Shown here piece by piece: positions 32,518-43,677 of a stretch of 64,000 nucleotides of DNA. This stretch comes from an uncultured Planctomycetaceae bacterium (GTDB lineage Bacteria > Planctomycetota > Planctomycetia > Isosphaerales > Isosphaeraceae): the NCBI GenBank assembly GCA_963833985.1, contig CAWIAD010000001.1, forward strand, positions 3,104,001 to 3,168,000. The letters run 5' to 3'. Made by a program: the position numbers and the translations under genes. A model generated the notes under the pieces. That model worked only from the letters and a program-made list of their open reading frames with translations. It was not told the origin of the DNA and ran no database searches. Each line of letters begins with the position of its first letter. Position 1 is the first letter of the stretch.

Positions 32518-33836
32518 CTAGCGGCGCTCGCCCATCGGCATGTAGGCGCACGGGATGACCCGGTGTAAATCTGCCTTGGCCGGCCGATGCGCCGGTCCGG
32601 ATCGCGGTAGAGCTCGTACCAGTGAGCGATCCACCCCGGGATCCGTCCGATGGAGAACATCACTGTGAACATGTTCACCGGGATGCCGATCGCGCAGAAT
32701 GATGCCCGAGTAGAAGTCGACGTTGGGATACAGCTTGCGCTCCAGGAAGTAATCATCCGAGAGGGCGATTGCGGCCAGCTCCTCGGCGATCTCCAGCAGC
32801 GGATCAGCCACCCCCAGGGTGGCCAGCAGCTCCTCGGCGGTCTGCATGAGGATCTTGGCCCGAGGGTCAAAGTGCTTGTAGACGCGGTGGCCAAAGCCCA
32901 TCAGGCGAAACTTCTTCGCCTTCACCTTCTCGACGATCGATCGAGGACTCTCGCCCCCCTTGTGGATCTGCTCGAGCATCTCGATCACGGCCATGTTGGC
33001 GCCGCCGTGCGAAGGTCCCCAGAGCGCACAGACTCCGGCCGCGACGCAGGCGAAGACGTTCGCGACCGACGAGCCGACCATGCGCACGGTCGATGTTGAG
33101 CAGTTCTGTTCGTGATCGGCATGGAGGATCAGGAACCGGCTCGCGCCTTGACGACCTGGGGCGTGGGCTCGTCGCGCCGGTGCGGCTTGGAGAACATCAT
33201 GTGCAGGAAGTTGCGGCAATAGCTCAGGCCCGGATCGGGATACTCCACGCGCTGGCCCAGCGTCATCTTGTAGCTGAACGCCGCGATCGTGCGGACCTTG
33301 CTCATGAGAATGGCCACGGCGGCCAGGAAGTGGTCCGGGTCCAGGTCGGTATCCAGCAGCTCGGGATGGTAACAGCCGCAGGCGTTGATCATCGCCGAGA
33401 GCATGGCCATGGGATGCCCGTGGGGCGGGAAACCCTCGAAGTGGTTGCGCATCCCCTCGTGCAGCAACTGCTGCTCGGTCAAGAGCTCACGGAAGCGGGC
33501 AAGCTGAGCTTCACTGGGCAGCTCGCCGTAGATGAGCAGCCAGGCCGTCTCGATGAAGGTGCTGTGCTCGGCAAGCTCCTCAATCGGGTAGCCACGGTAA
33601 CGCAGGACGCCGCTCTCGCCGTCGATGAACGTGATCTTGCTTTCACAGGCCCCCGTATTGCTATACCCGGGGTCCAGCGTGATGTATCCGGTCCGGTCGC
33701 GCAGGGTCGTGATGTCGATGGCCAGCTCATCCTCGGTTCCCGAGAGGATCGGCAACCGGACCTCTTCGCCGGGGATCTGGAGTACGGCCGTTTTGAGCTC
33801 GGGTTTGTGACGTGGATGTTCAGGAGAGATCAACAT
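32518..33836 (-). CDS. gltA: Citrate synthase (several frameshifts, near 33140, 32695 and 32550)
   Basis: [75 protein letters not shown]. Confidence 0.93.
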
Positions 33837-34102
33837 GATGACCGCCTCGCCAGGGTGTGGCTCAGGCCGGCATCGCCTGAGTCTGAAGTACTGAAGTCTT
33901 TTTGATGCAACCAAATTAGCAAAAAGCGCACCCAAGTCCCCGTGGCGGATGTGGGACGATCAACCCGTGAGACGTTCCTGCGTTTCATCGACTCCGGACG
34001 TTCCGCGCAGTCCGTTCCCGACCGGCTCGCCGTGTCCACACACGCGGGTGCTTCACGACGAGCGGTTGACTTCCTGCGCATTCGTGATCGATCCTCAGGC
34101 AC

Positions 34103-34693
34103 TCACGCCGAGCGGTCAAGCCTCCTCCGGCGATGCAGGACAACCCCAAGGCAGGCGGCGCCGGCCCAGCCTGCGAGGATCCAGGCCGGCGGCTCGGGAA
34201 CCGCCACAGCCGCGACGAGCAGGGACAGATCCGTGGGAACACCGGGTGCATGGGCACCGCGGAGGAATGCGGTGACGTCAAAGAACCCGCCCGGCGGAGT
34301 GACGAAGAAGACTCCGGGGCCCGGATCCAGGGAACCGGAGAGGAGACCGTCGAAGGCCACACTCACGGCGGTATTCTCAAGCGGTGTGGGATCGTTCAAT
34401 CCCGAGATGGTGACCTCGGTCGAGGCCACGCCAACCGGATTGCCGGCTGCCCCGGAAGGTTCCAGAAAGATCACGGTGTAGGTCACCGATTGACCCGGGC
34501 CCGGAGCATCCTTGCTGAGGTAATCCCCGCTAAAACTTGCCTGCTGGAGCACCCCGCTGGAAAAGCTGCCGGCGGCGGAGAACCCGCTCGAGGAAATCGA
34601 AATGGGCTGATCGACGTCATCGACCCAGATCGTGCCCGCGGTCACCGGAGTGCCCAGCAACCCCAGCAGCAAGAGCGAGCCGAGACCGCTCAC
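34103..34693 (-). CDS. PEP-CTERM exosortase-target secreted protein
   Basis: Signal-like N-terminus. C-terminal VPEP, hydrophobic helix, then RRRR. Confidence 0.8.
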   Translation of the reverse strand: MSGLGSLLLLGLLGTPVTAGTIWVDDVDQPISISSSGFSAAGSFSSGVLQQASFSGDYLSKDAPGPGQSVTYTVIFLEPSGAAGNPVGVASTEVTISGLNDPTPLENTAVSVAFDGLLSGSLDPGPGVFFVTPPGGFFDVTAFLRGAHAPGVPTDLSLLVAAVAVPEPPAWILAGWAGAACLGVVLHRRRRLDRSA

Positions 34694-35811
34694 GAGGCGG
34701 ATCGAGATTCCCGGGTCCTGCGGTTCTGATGAGTCCGCCGGGGGCGGCCCGAAAGCCGATGCCACTGCCGAATACCGAGGCACCCACCGAGCACCAGGAT
34801 GCCCATGGCCATCTCCAGGAATGACGCGGGCTCCGGAACCAGCACGCCGCCGGTGTAAACGCCGATGGTCGGGGGCGGCCCGCTCAATCCGCTCGACGCG
34901 CCGAGCTGGATCCGCGAGCCGGGATCGGAGATGAGAGTCAGGTACGCATCGATTGACACCGTCATGTTCGCGCTCAGCGTGACGGAACCGAAAGTCTGAT
35001 ATCCCTGAATGTTGTAGATTCCCGGAGCGGTGGGAGTTTCGCCCATCATGGCGGTGCCCGTGTTCATCGTGCTGACCGTACCACCGTTGTAGCCCAGTGC
35101 CGAGATACCGGTGAACGAATCCGTTGCGACCACTTGATGGCTCGAATTCCTGATCACGATCGTTCCTTCCTCGCCGAGCACGACAAAGCTCCCCGCCGTC
35201 TGGCTGAGCGTGGCGTTGGCGTTGATGAGCATGCCCGGAATGGCCTTGAAGGCGGTGCCGCTCGCCAGGAAATCGGAATGCAGGTGCGTGAAGCTGACGG
35301 CGGCCGTGTTGGGAGTCATGATTGCCGCGCTCTGGAGATAGCTCCCCGAGTTGAACGAGATGCCGGTTTTCTGGTTCACGTCGGTGCCGTCATTGGGCAG
35401 GCTGACGGCCGCCTGCGCCGCAATCGCGGCCGTACCGAAGCTGGCTGGCAGGGGAGTCAAGAACGAGGAATTCGGCAGCGGGTTGGTCTGGTTGGCCGCG
35501 ATGACCTGTGTGTACGCGCCCTGGCCGGTGGGCAAGCTATAGCTTTGCGTGTTCCCGCTGACCGCGTTGAGTGCGGGGAACAAGGCGCTCCCTGTCGAGG
35601 TCAGCAAGCCGTTACTATTGAAGACGGGAGACCCCTGGCTCCCGGCCACCGTGCTGTACAGGGAGAAACTCAGCGACTCGGTACTTGTGGTCTGGACACT
35701 CAGTGTGCCGCCCAAAGTGCGGCGCGGCGGTGCGGCGAGGATCGCAAGGGTCCCCAGCAGCAACACCATCGACATCCTGCAAACCCGCCTGCTGCATCGA
35801 TTTTCACTCAT
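34690..35811 (-). CDS. PEP-CTERM secreted protein (Ser/Thr/Gly-rich)
   Basis: Signal peptide, then C-terminal LVPEPAS, TM segment and basic tail. GGGGAGG RBS. Confidence 0.8.
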   Translation of the reverse strand: MSENRCSRRVCRMSMVLLLGTLAILAAPPRRTLGGTLSVQTTSTESLSFSLYSTVAGSQGSPVFNSNGLLTSTGSALFPALNAVSGNTQSYSLPTGQGAYTQVIAANQTNPLPNSSFLTPLPASFGTAAIAAQAAVSLPNDGTDVNQKTGISFNSGSYLQSAAIMTPNTAAVSFTHLHSDFLASGTAFKAIPGMLINANATLSQTAGSFVVLGEEGTIVIRNSSHQVVATDSFTGISALGYNGGTVSTMNTGTAMMGETPTAPGIYNIQGYQTFGSVTLSANMTVSIDAYLTLISDPGSRIQLGASSGLSGPPPTIGVYTGGVLVPEPASFLEMAMGILVLGGCLGIRQWHRLSGRPRRTHQNRRTRESRSAS

Positions 35812-36163
35812 GACACAACCTCCCCGACCGCCCGGGATGAGGGTTCGGTCGATCCGGAGAAACAATGGACCCGCGCACCCGCTCCCTGCTCGCGTGAGCG
35901 TGTCTTCATCAATCGCCCGTGAGTGAGGGCTCCGTCCCCAGCATGCGATCAAGGTGCGAACAGTGAGATGGTAATCACTCATCGGCCCGCACTGCAAGCG
36001 TCAGAAACGTGCGTTCACCGCTGCGAGATGATCACAAGCGTTGTTTGAACCACTCTTTTCGCCCGTTTGTAAATTCACGCGGGCGCATTGACTGGACCGC
36101 AACGCAGCGCATATTTACAGGGGATTCCACGCCGCTCTGGACCGGGGCCCTGCGGATCGAGAA

Positions 36164-39100
36164 ATGAGCAGAAGACGACGACGACAGCCGACTCGTGATC
36201 ACCGTTTCGCAGCCTGGGGCGAGCGAGTCGAGCAACGACTTTTGCCGGCAGCGTTTTTCGTGCAGAACACGTTCGATTCCGGCTCCGGATCGCTGCGCCA
36301 GGCGATCATCGACTCCAACGGCGTTCCCGGGAGAAACTCGATCTCCTTCAACATCACGCCGTCGGCCGCCTCATACGTCATCGATGTTCAGAACGCCCTG
36401 CCGGCAATCACGAACCCCGTACTCATCGACGGTACGAGCCAGCCTGGCTATTCGGGAATCCCCATCATCACGCTCAACGACGTCGGGACCGGCGCGGGGC
36501 CCGTGGGCGACGGCCTGCTGCTGGCCCCCGGCTCGGACGGGAGCACCATCGAGGGGCTGGACATCGCCAACTTCCAGGACCCCAACACCGGCGCGGGCGT
36601 CCACATTCAGTCCAGCGGCAACCTCGTCGCGGCGAACTCTCTGGGAACCAATCTGGCAGGCACGCTGGACGGACCTGGAAACCAGATCGGGGTCTTCATC
36701 GACGGCGGTTCGCAGAACACCATTGGCGGTACCGGATCGCTGGGCAACCTGATCTCCGGCAACATCAGCGTCGGCGTCTTGATCCAGGACGGCACCCAGC
36801 TCGCCACCGGCAACCTGGTCATCGGCAACAAGGTCGGCACCGACGCCAGCGGCACGGTCGCCGTGCCCAATCAGGGAGACGGCATCGACCTGTACGCCTC
36901 CGGCAACACCATCGGCGGTACCATTACCGCTGCTGCCAACCTGGTTTCGGCCAATCTCGGGTACGGCATCAACATTTCCAACATCATTAACCCGGCGGAC
37001 GACAACACGGTTGAAGGCAACCTGGTCGGCACCGACATCTCCGGCATGATCGCCCTGGGCAACGGCAGCGACGGCATCACGGACAACTCGGATGCCGGCA
37101 ACACGATCGGCGGCACGGCCTCCGGAGCCGGCAACCTGTGCTCCGCGAATCAGGGCCAGGGCATCAGCCTTTTCAGCGTCTCGAACGATCTGCTCGCCGG
37201 CAACATTCTCGGCACCACGCCCGGCTCGATCACCGACAACCCATCCCGGTTCCATCGCCTGGGCAACGCCGGCAACGGCATTCTCGTCACCGCACAAAGC
37301 ACAAACAACGTGATCGGACTCCCGGCGCGGGGAACCTGATCGCGGCGAACGCGGCCAACGGCATCGACATCGGTCTGGGGTCCGACTTCAACACGATCTC
37401 GGGGAACGCGATCGGCACAACGCTGGCTTCCGGCTCATCGGTCATCATCGGCGCGCCCATCAACCTCGGCAACCAGCAATTCGGTATTCTGCTCCGGAAC
37501 GTGTCGGCCAATACGGTCGGCGGCGTGGATACGCTCAATTCCGCTGGCCAGTTCACTCAGTTCGGCGGCAACATCATCGCGCAGAACGGTCAAAGCGGAA
37601 TCGATCTGCTGGGGAACGATTCCGGTGTGACCGGCGGCACGGCGAACCTGGGGAACGCGATCGCGGGCAACCTGATCGGCACCAGCGCCGATGGCTCGCG
37701 AGCGGTGCCCAACGCCGGTGACGGCATCCTCATGAGCGGCACCACGGACAACACGATCGGCGGTACGAACGTCCTGAACTCCGATGGCTCGCTGAGCAGC
37801 TTCTCCGGCAACCTGATCTCGGGCAACGCCGGAACCGGGTTGCTCCTGAGCGCATCAAACCAGAACCTGGCCGAGGGGAACTGGATCGGCACGAACCTCG
37901 CGGGCACGGGCAGCGTTCCTAACGCCGTCCTGGGAGTGCTGATCTTTTCGGGTGCGTCCGGCAATTCCATCGGCGCGGCGAACATCGACGGGTCGGCCGC
38001 CAACCTCGTCTCCGGCAACGCGCAGGCCGGCATCGAGATCCAGGGCGCCGGCACATCCGGCAACGTGGTGCAGGGCAACCGCGTCGGCCTGGCGGCCTCC
38101 GGTACCGCAACGATTCCCAACCTGAGTGACGGCATCGTCGTCAGCGCCGCCAGCAACATCATCGGCGGCACGGCCACCGGGGCGGGCAACGTGATATCGG
38201 GGAACCTGGGATCGGGCGTCCGCATCACCGATTCGCTCCCTTCCTTTGGCACGACCAGCGCCGATGACAACCAGCTTCTGGGAAACGTCATCGGATTATC
38301 TCCTGCCGGAACCTCCGCCGGACTGGGCAACGTGCAGAACGGCGTGGAGATCGATAACGCCGCGGGCACCACGATCGGAGGCGCGACGGCCACGGCTGGC
38401 ACTGGCGCCGGCAACGTGATCTCGGGAAACCGCCAGTCGGGCATCGCGCTCTCCGGGTCGACGACGGGCTCGCTGATCCTCGGGAATCTTGTCGGCCTCG
38501 ACGCCAGCGGGGCCGCGACCCAGGGGAACTTCATCGCCGGCATCGTGCTCAGTGGCGTATCGGGCAATACGATCGGCGGCGCCATCCCCGGGGCGGGGAA
38601 CGTGCTGTCAAACAACGGTACCGCGGGGCTTCAGATCGACGCGGGTGCGAACAACCTGGCCGAGGGCAATCGCATCGGCACCGACCGGTCGGCCACAGCG
38701 GCCGCAGGCAACCTCCAGAACGGCGTGGACATCAATCACAGCTCGGGCAACACGATCGGCGGCACCACCGGCCTGGCCGGCAACATCATCTCGGGCAATA
38801 ACCTGTCGGGTATCTACATCTCGGGAGCAGGGGCAACGGGCAACGCCGTGCTGGGCAACCTGATCGGGACCGACCGCTCGGGCACTCTGGCGGTGCCCGA
38901 CGGGCAGGACGGGGTGGTCGTCGACTCCGCGCTCTCGAACACGATCGGCGGCATCATCCCCGGCGCGGGAAATGTGATCTCGGGGAACCGGTCGCACGGG
39001 GTGGAGCTTCGTGGCACGACCTCCACGCCGGCCCAGCTCAACGTGGTGGAGGGAAACCTGCTGGGCACCGCCGTGAACGGCCTCACGGCTCTGGGCAACG

Positions 39101-41464
39101 CTCAGGACGGGGTGTTCCTCTCCGCCGGGACCAGCGGCAATCGCGTGGGCGGCACCGTTTCCGGCGCGGGCAACGTGATCTCGGGGAACCTCGCCAATGG
39201 CGTGGAGCTGGTCCCAGGCGCCACCGGTAACCTTGTGGCCGGCAACCTCATCGGCATCGATCTGACGGGCACTCAGCCCGTGGGCAACAGCAATGTCGGC
39301 GTGGTCGTCTACGACACTGCCGCCAATACGATCGGCGGCACCGTTTCCGGCGCGGGCAACGTGATCTCGGGGAACCGCTCCAGCGGCGTGCTGATCACCG
39401 GCGTCACGTCGACGGGCAACCAGATCGCCGGCAACCTCATCGGCACTGATCGCAACGGCTCCTTCGCGGTGCCCAACGCGTCCACCGGTCTGACCATCGA
39501 CAGCGCCGGACAATGTCATCGGCGGCGACGTCCCAGGCGCAGGCAACGTCATCGCTGGCAACCGCGCCTTCGGCGTGTTCCTCCTGGGCACCAGCGCGAC
39601 CGGCAACCGCATCGCGGGCAACTTCATCGGCACCAATCGGGCCGGTGCAAGCAACCTCGGCAACGCGCTCGACGGCCTGATCCTCAGCGACGCCCCGGGC
39701 AACACGATCGGCGGCACCGTCGCCGCGGACCGGAACATTATCTCCGGCAACGGCGGCAACGGCGTGAACATCCTCAACATCGCCGGCCCGGACCGCGTGG
39801 CCATCCTCGGCAACTTCATCGGTACCAGCCCGTCGGGCCTGGCCGCGCTGGGCAACGGCATGTCCGGCGTACTGCTCAACGGCGTGAGCGGCACGGTCAT
39901 CGCCGGCGCGGCCCTCCCGAATGTGATCTCGGGCAATGGCGGCAACGGGATTTACGTTCTGGGAGCCAGCGCCGCGGGGACCATCATCGAGGGGAGCCTG
40001 ATCGGCATCGGTATCACCGGAACGGCCGCACTTGGCAATGGCGGCGACGGAATCGCGCTGGAGGGCGCGCCAGGCGCGACCCTCGGCGGCACGACGGCCG
40101 GCCTGGGGAACCTGATCAGCGGCAACGCGGGCAACGGCATCCATCTCTACGGCGGCACGGCCGATGGCAACCTGATTCTGGGGTCAACCATCGGAACGGA
40201 CGCGGCTGGTGAGGTCTCGGTCCCGAACGGCGGCTTTGGCATCTCGATCGAAGGCGTGGCCGACAACCTCGTGCAGGCGAGCCTGATCTCGGGCAACTCG
40301 TCCGGCGGCGTTCAGATCAGTCTGCTGGGTGCAGGGGGCAACCGGATCTATGGCTGCACGATCGGCACCGACCGCACCGGGCAGTTCGCGCTCAGCAACG
40401 GCGCCGCGGCGCAGGGAAACGGCGTCGGGGTCTTCATCAATGGAGCGGCGGGCAATGACGTCGGCGGAGCCGCCCCCGGCGAAGGGAACATCCTCTCGGG
40501 CAACGCGACCGCGGGCGTTTACCTCTTCGGCCGCTTCGCCTCGGCCAACATGGTCCAGGGCAACCTGATCGGCACGAATGCCAGCGGCCAGCGGCCCATC
40601 CTTCAACAAGGGGGATCGACACCGAGCCAGCAGCTTGGTGTCCTGATCAACCAGGCTCCCGGCCTGAACCTTCAGGATGTAAGTCCCGGCGCAGGCAATA
40701 CCATCGGCGGGGCGAGCAGCGGAGCGGGCAATGTCATCTCGGGCAACATCGTGGGTATCGAGATCAGCGGCTCCGAATCGAGCGGCAACGTGGTTGCGGG
40801 GAACCTGGTCGGCCCGAGCGCCAGTGGCGGCGCCGGGGCGGGCAACACGGTGGGAGTCTACATCAACGGTGCGGCGGGGAACCTGATCGGGGTCGGCGGA
40901 GGCAATGTGATCTCGGGGAACAGCGACGTCGGTATCTACATCCTGGGAAGCGTTTCCTCGGGCAACATCGTTTCCGGGAACCTGGTCGGTCTGGCTGCCG
41001 ATGGCGTTAGCCGGCTACCGAATCAGACCGGCATCTACCTGGAGAACGCGCCCGCCAACCAGATCGGCGCCCCGTCGCAGTCTTCGGGCAACGTGGTTTC
41101 GGCCAATACCTCGGTGGGGGTTTACGTTCTGGGCGGACAGTCCGTGGGCAACGTGATCCAGGGGAACACAATCGGCCTGACGGCCGCCGGCGGCCGCGCC
41201 GGAAACGCCCAGTACGGGGTGCTGCTCTACAACGCGCCTTCCAACACGGTCGTTCGCAGCGGTCCCAGCAGCAACCGGATTTCCGGGAGCGGCATCGCCA
41301 ACTTCCGCGAGTTCACCGGCCGCCCGGTCTACGCCAATTCCTCCAGCGGCCAGACCGCACGCCAGAGGCGTTCCACGCGTACCAGCAACGTCGCAAGCGG
41401 CGTGCTGCTCGGACACGCGGCTCCCGCCGGACCTCGGAGCTGGAAGAGTCTGGTCCGGCCCTGA
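36164..41464 (+). CDS. Giant extracellular right-handed beta-helix repeat protein (frameshifts near 37325 and 39510)
   Basis: N-terminal MSRRRRR...ERVEQRLLPA (planctomycete extracellular-type motif), DSGSGSLRQAI, and dozens of NTIGG..GAGNVISGN / GN.IGTD repeats across three ORFs. Confidence 0.85.
39148..39376 (+). repeat. Exact 43-bp direct repeat within the beta-helix gene
   Basis: GGCGGCACCGTTTCCGGCGCGGGCAACGTGATCTCGGGGAACC at 39148-39190 and 39334-39376. Confidence 0.85.
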
Positions 41465-41501
41465 CGCTGGCGCCAGGCATGGACTGAGGCCTGCCTCGCG
41501 C

Positions 41502-41933
41502 TCAGTGCCGGAGCAGGCCGAGTAGCCTCTCGATTTCCTCGTGCACCTCGGGCGTATGGCGGATGATGAGCGCCGGAGGCAAGAGCCAGGGGATCACCGC
41601 ACCGACGGGGCGGGCAGCCCCGAACCCCTGGGCACTCCTCGCGCGGCGCTGCCGGCGCTTCTCGACCGTCTGGCGGATGGAATCGCGATACGCCTGGCTT
41701 GGCTCTTTGCGCGGCTGGGCCGCTTTCTGTACGGCCTGCCCGGCACGGTTCGCGCTCTTGCGATTGGCACCGCCTGGTTTCGCCTTCGCGGTCGCCGGTG
41801 CGGTCGCGGTGGACGCGCCTGGGCCGGCCGACTGAGCACTGGCGTCCTGCGTCGCCGTCACGAAGAGCCAGACCGCCAGAGAAGCGGCGAGCCCGTGCGG
41901 CAAGAATTGGAATCTAAGCGCGGTACGCGCCAT
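41502..41933 (-). CDS. Hypothetical secreted basic protein
   Basis: Signal-peptide-like N-terminus (ASA-Q), Ala/Lys/Arg-rich, C-terminal IIRHTPEVHEEIERLLGLLR. Confidence 0.55.
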   Translation of the reverse strand: MARTALRFQFLPHGLAASLAVWLFVTATQDASAQSAGPGASTATAPATAKAKPGGANRKSANRAGQAVQKAAQPRKEPSQAYRDSIRQTVEKRRQRRARSAQGFGAARPVGAVIPWLLPPALIIRHTPEVHEEIERLLGLLRH

Positions 41934-42080
41934 GGGCTTCGCCCTCCGTGATCACACCCGGACCGGCCCTCAAACGTTCGTTGCCGTATGCATTCGTAGA
42001 CTACCCTGGCGACTTGGGCCGATCAAGGACCCCAGCCGCCGGCAGTACAGACAGAAGGTGGAGTAACCACCCGGCAGACC

Positions 42081-43553
42081 TCAACCGCCGATGATGGGCG
42101 GAGCCGCGTACGAGCGCGAGCGGCCAAAGCGCCAGTTCAGGAGCACGATCGCCTCGTAATTGAACGGCCGGGGTCCGGTGACCGGAGTCACCCAGCCGAA
42201 GGTGATGACTGACTGCCGGTAAAAGGTCACGTTCAGGCCGTAGGTCAGGTCCACCACGTCGGCCGTGCCAGTGGGATCGTTGGCGTTGAACCAGTCGCGA
42301 TGTGTCAGCGGGTCGTTGACGTGGACCTCGAAGGTGGGCGCGATGCTCGTGAGGGCATTGTTGGGGTCGCTCGCCCGGAAAAGGAAATAGCCAATGCCGA
42401 TGTCGTTGTAGACCATCGTCACGTCGCGGATCGAGGACGGGGCCGAGAGCGACAGGAAACCGTGGAGGTAGAACCGGTCGCGGATCAGCAGGTAGCCGAT
42501 GAACGGCTGGATCTCGGTGCTATGAATACCCTGGATGTACTTCGCCCCCGCGAACTGGCTGGGGCCGGTCGGCAGCGTCATCTCCAGGCCGACCGAGAGC
42601 AGGCTGCCGGTCGCTGGATTGGCCTTGATGACGTACTTGGTGAAGAGACTCAGGTCGTTGAGCGACGTGCTGGTGCCGCCCGGCTTGTTGAAGCTTCCCG
42701 AGACGGTCGAATCAGCACTCAACTGGTCCAGCGGCAGCCTCGCCCCGAACGAGCCGTAACCCTCGTCGAAGGTTTTCTCGAAGCCGAAAATATAGCGATA
42801 GCCGGTGAGATTATTGACCGGCGACTCGAACCGGCGGTTGAGAGCTCCGTTCAGGTCCGAGAAATAGTTGAAGGTGAAGAAAACGCGGTCTTGCGGCTGT
42901 GGCGACTGGTTTTCGGCGATCTTGAACCCGCGCACCGACGGGACGATCGCCGAGGCAAGACGCGGGCTGGGTGGCGGAGGGGGCGTACCGGGCGGAAAGG
43001 GCTGCGGCAAGCCCGGCACCGCGGCCTGGTGGAGCACCGCAGGCGCCTGGTCGCCGATCATCTGAAAATCGGGGCCGGAAGTCAGCCTGCGTGTACTCAA
43101 GAGCCCGGAAGAAACCGCGGGGCCTTCGCCGAAGAGCGAGGCATTCGCGTTCGAAAAGCTGGTCACGGCGGGACTGCCGGCCATGGCCGAGGAGAACATT
43201 CCTTCGGTGCCGCCGAAGGGTGGTGCCACTCCTGCCGGCTGGCCGGGCAGTGGCGGAACGGGCTGCGCAGGGGGGACTGCTGCCGCGGAGGCTCCAGCCC
43301 TGGGAGTCGTGGCGGCCGGAGATCCCGAGGTGGGCGGCGTCGCTCTGCCGGGCACGGCCGGCACCTGCGAGGGTCGCCCCGGAACAGCGCCGGAAGCCGT
43401 TGGCGCTGGACGTTGTACAGGCCGGTTCGGCACGGCTGTGGAAGTACCCAGGCCAGGCGGCAAGGGCGGCAAATCGGGAACTTGCCCGCAGGCGTTGGCC
43501 CAAACGCACCAGAGGCCCAGGCTGAAGCCCCCGAGAACCGACCTCACCTGCAT
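42081..43553 (-). CDS. Planctomycete-type secreted/outer-membrane protein with Pro-rich N-terminus
   Basis: Signal peptide, Pro/Ala linker, FKIAENQSPQPQDRVFFTFNYF, alternating beta-strand pattern ending LNWRF. Confidence 0.7.
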   Translation of the reverse strand: MQVRSVLGGFSLGLWCVWANACGQVPDLPPLPPGLGTSTAVPNRPVQRPAPTASGAVPGRPSQVPAVPGRATPPTSGSPAATTPRAGASAAAVPPAQPVPPLPGQPAGVAPPFGGTEGMFSSAMAGSPAVTSFSNANASLFGEGPAVSSGLLSTRRLTSGPDFQMIGDQAPAVLHQAAVPGLPQPFPPGTPPPPPSPRLASAIVPSVRGFKIAENQSPQPQDRVFFTFNYFSDLNGALNRRFESPVNNLTGYRYIFGFEKTFDEGYGSFGARLPLDQLSADSTVSGSFNKPGGTSTSLNDLSLFTKYVIKANPATGSLLSVGLEMTLPTGPSQFAGAKYIQGIHSTEIQPFIGYLLIRDRFYLHGFLSLSAPSSIRDVTMVYNDIGIGYFLFRASDPNNALTSIAPTFEVHVNDPLTHRDWFNANDPTGTADVVDLTYGLNVTFYRQSVITFGWVTPVTGPRPFNYEAIVLLNWRFGRSRSYAAPPIIGG

Positions 43554-43677
43554 ATCCGGCTCCGTGCCATGGGGGTCACTGCTTCCGCGGCGCCACACCG
43601 CCAGATAGTTCCTTCGTCAAGATCGGCAAAAATGGCCTAGACGTTAAGAGTTCTCTCCCGCTCCAGCCAGATTTCGA

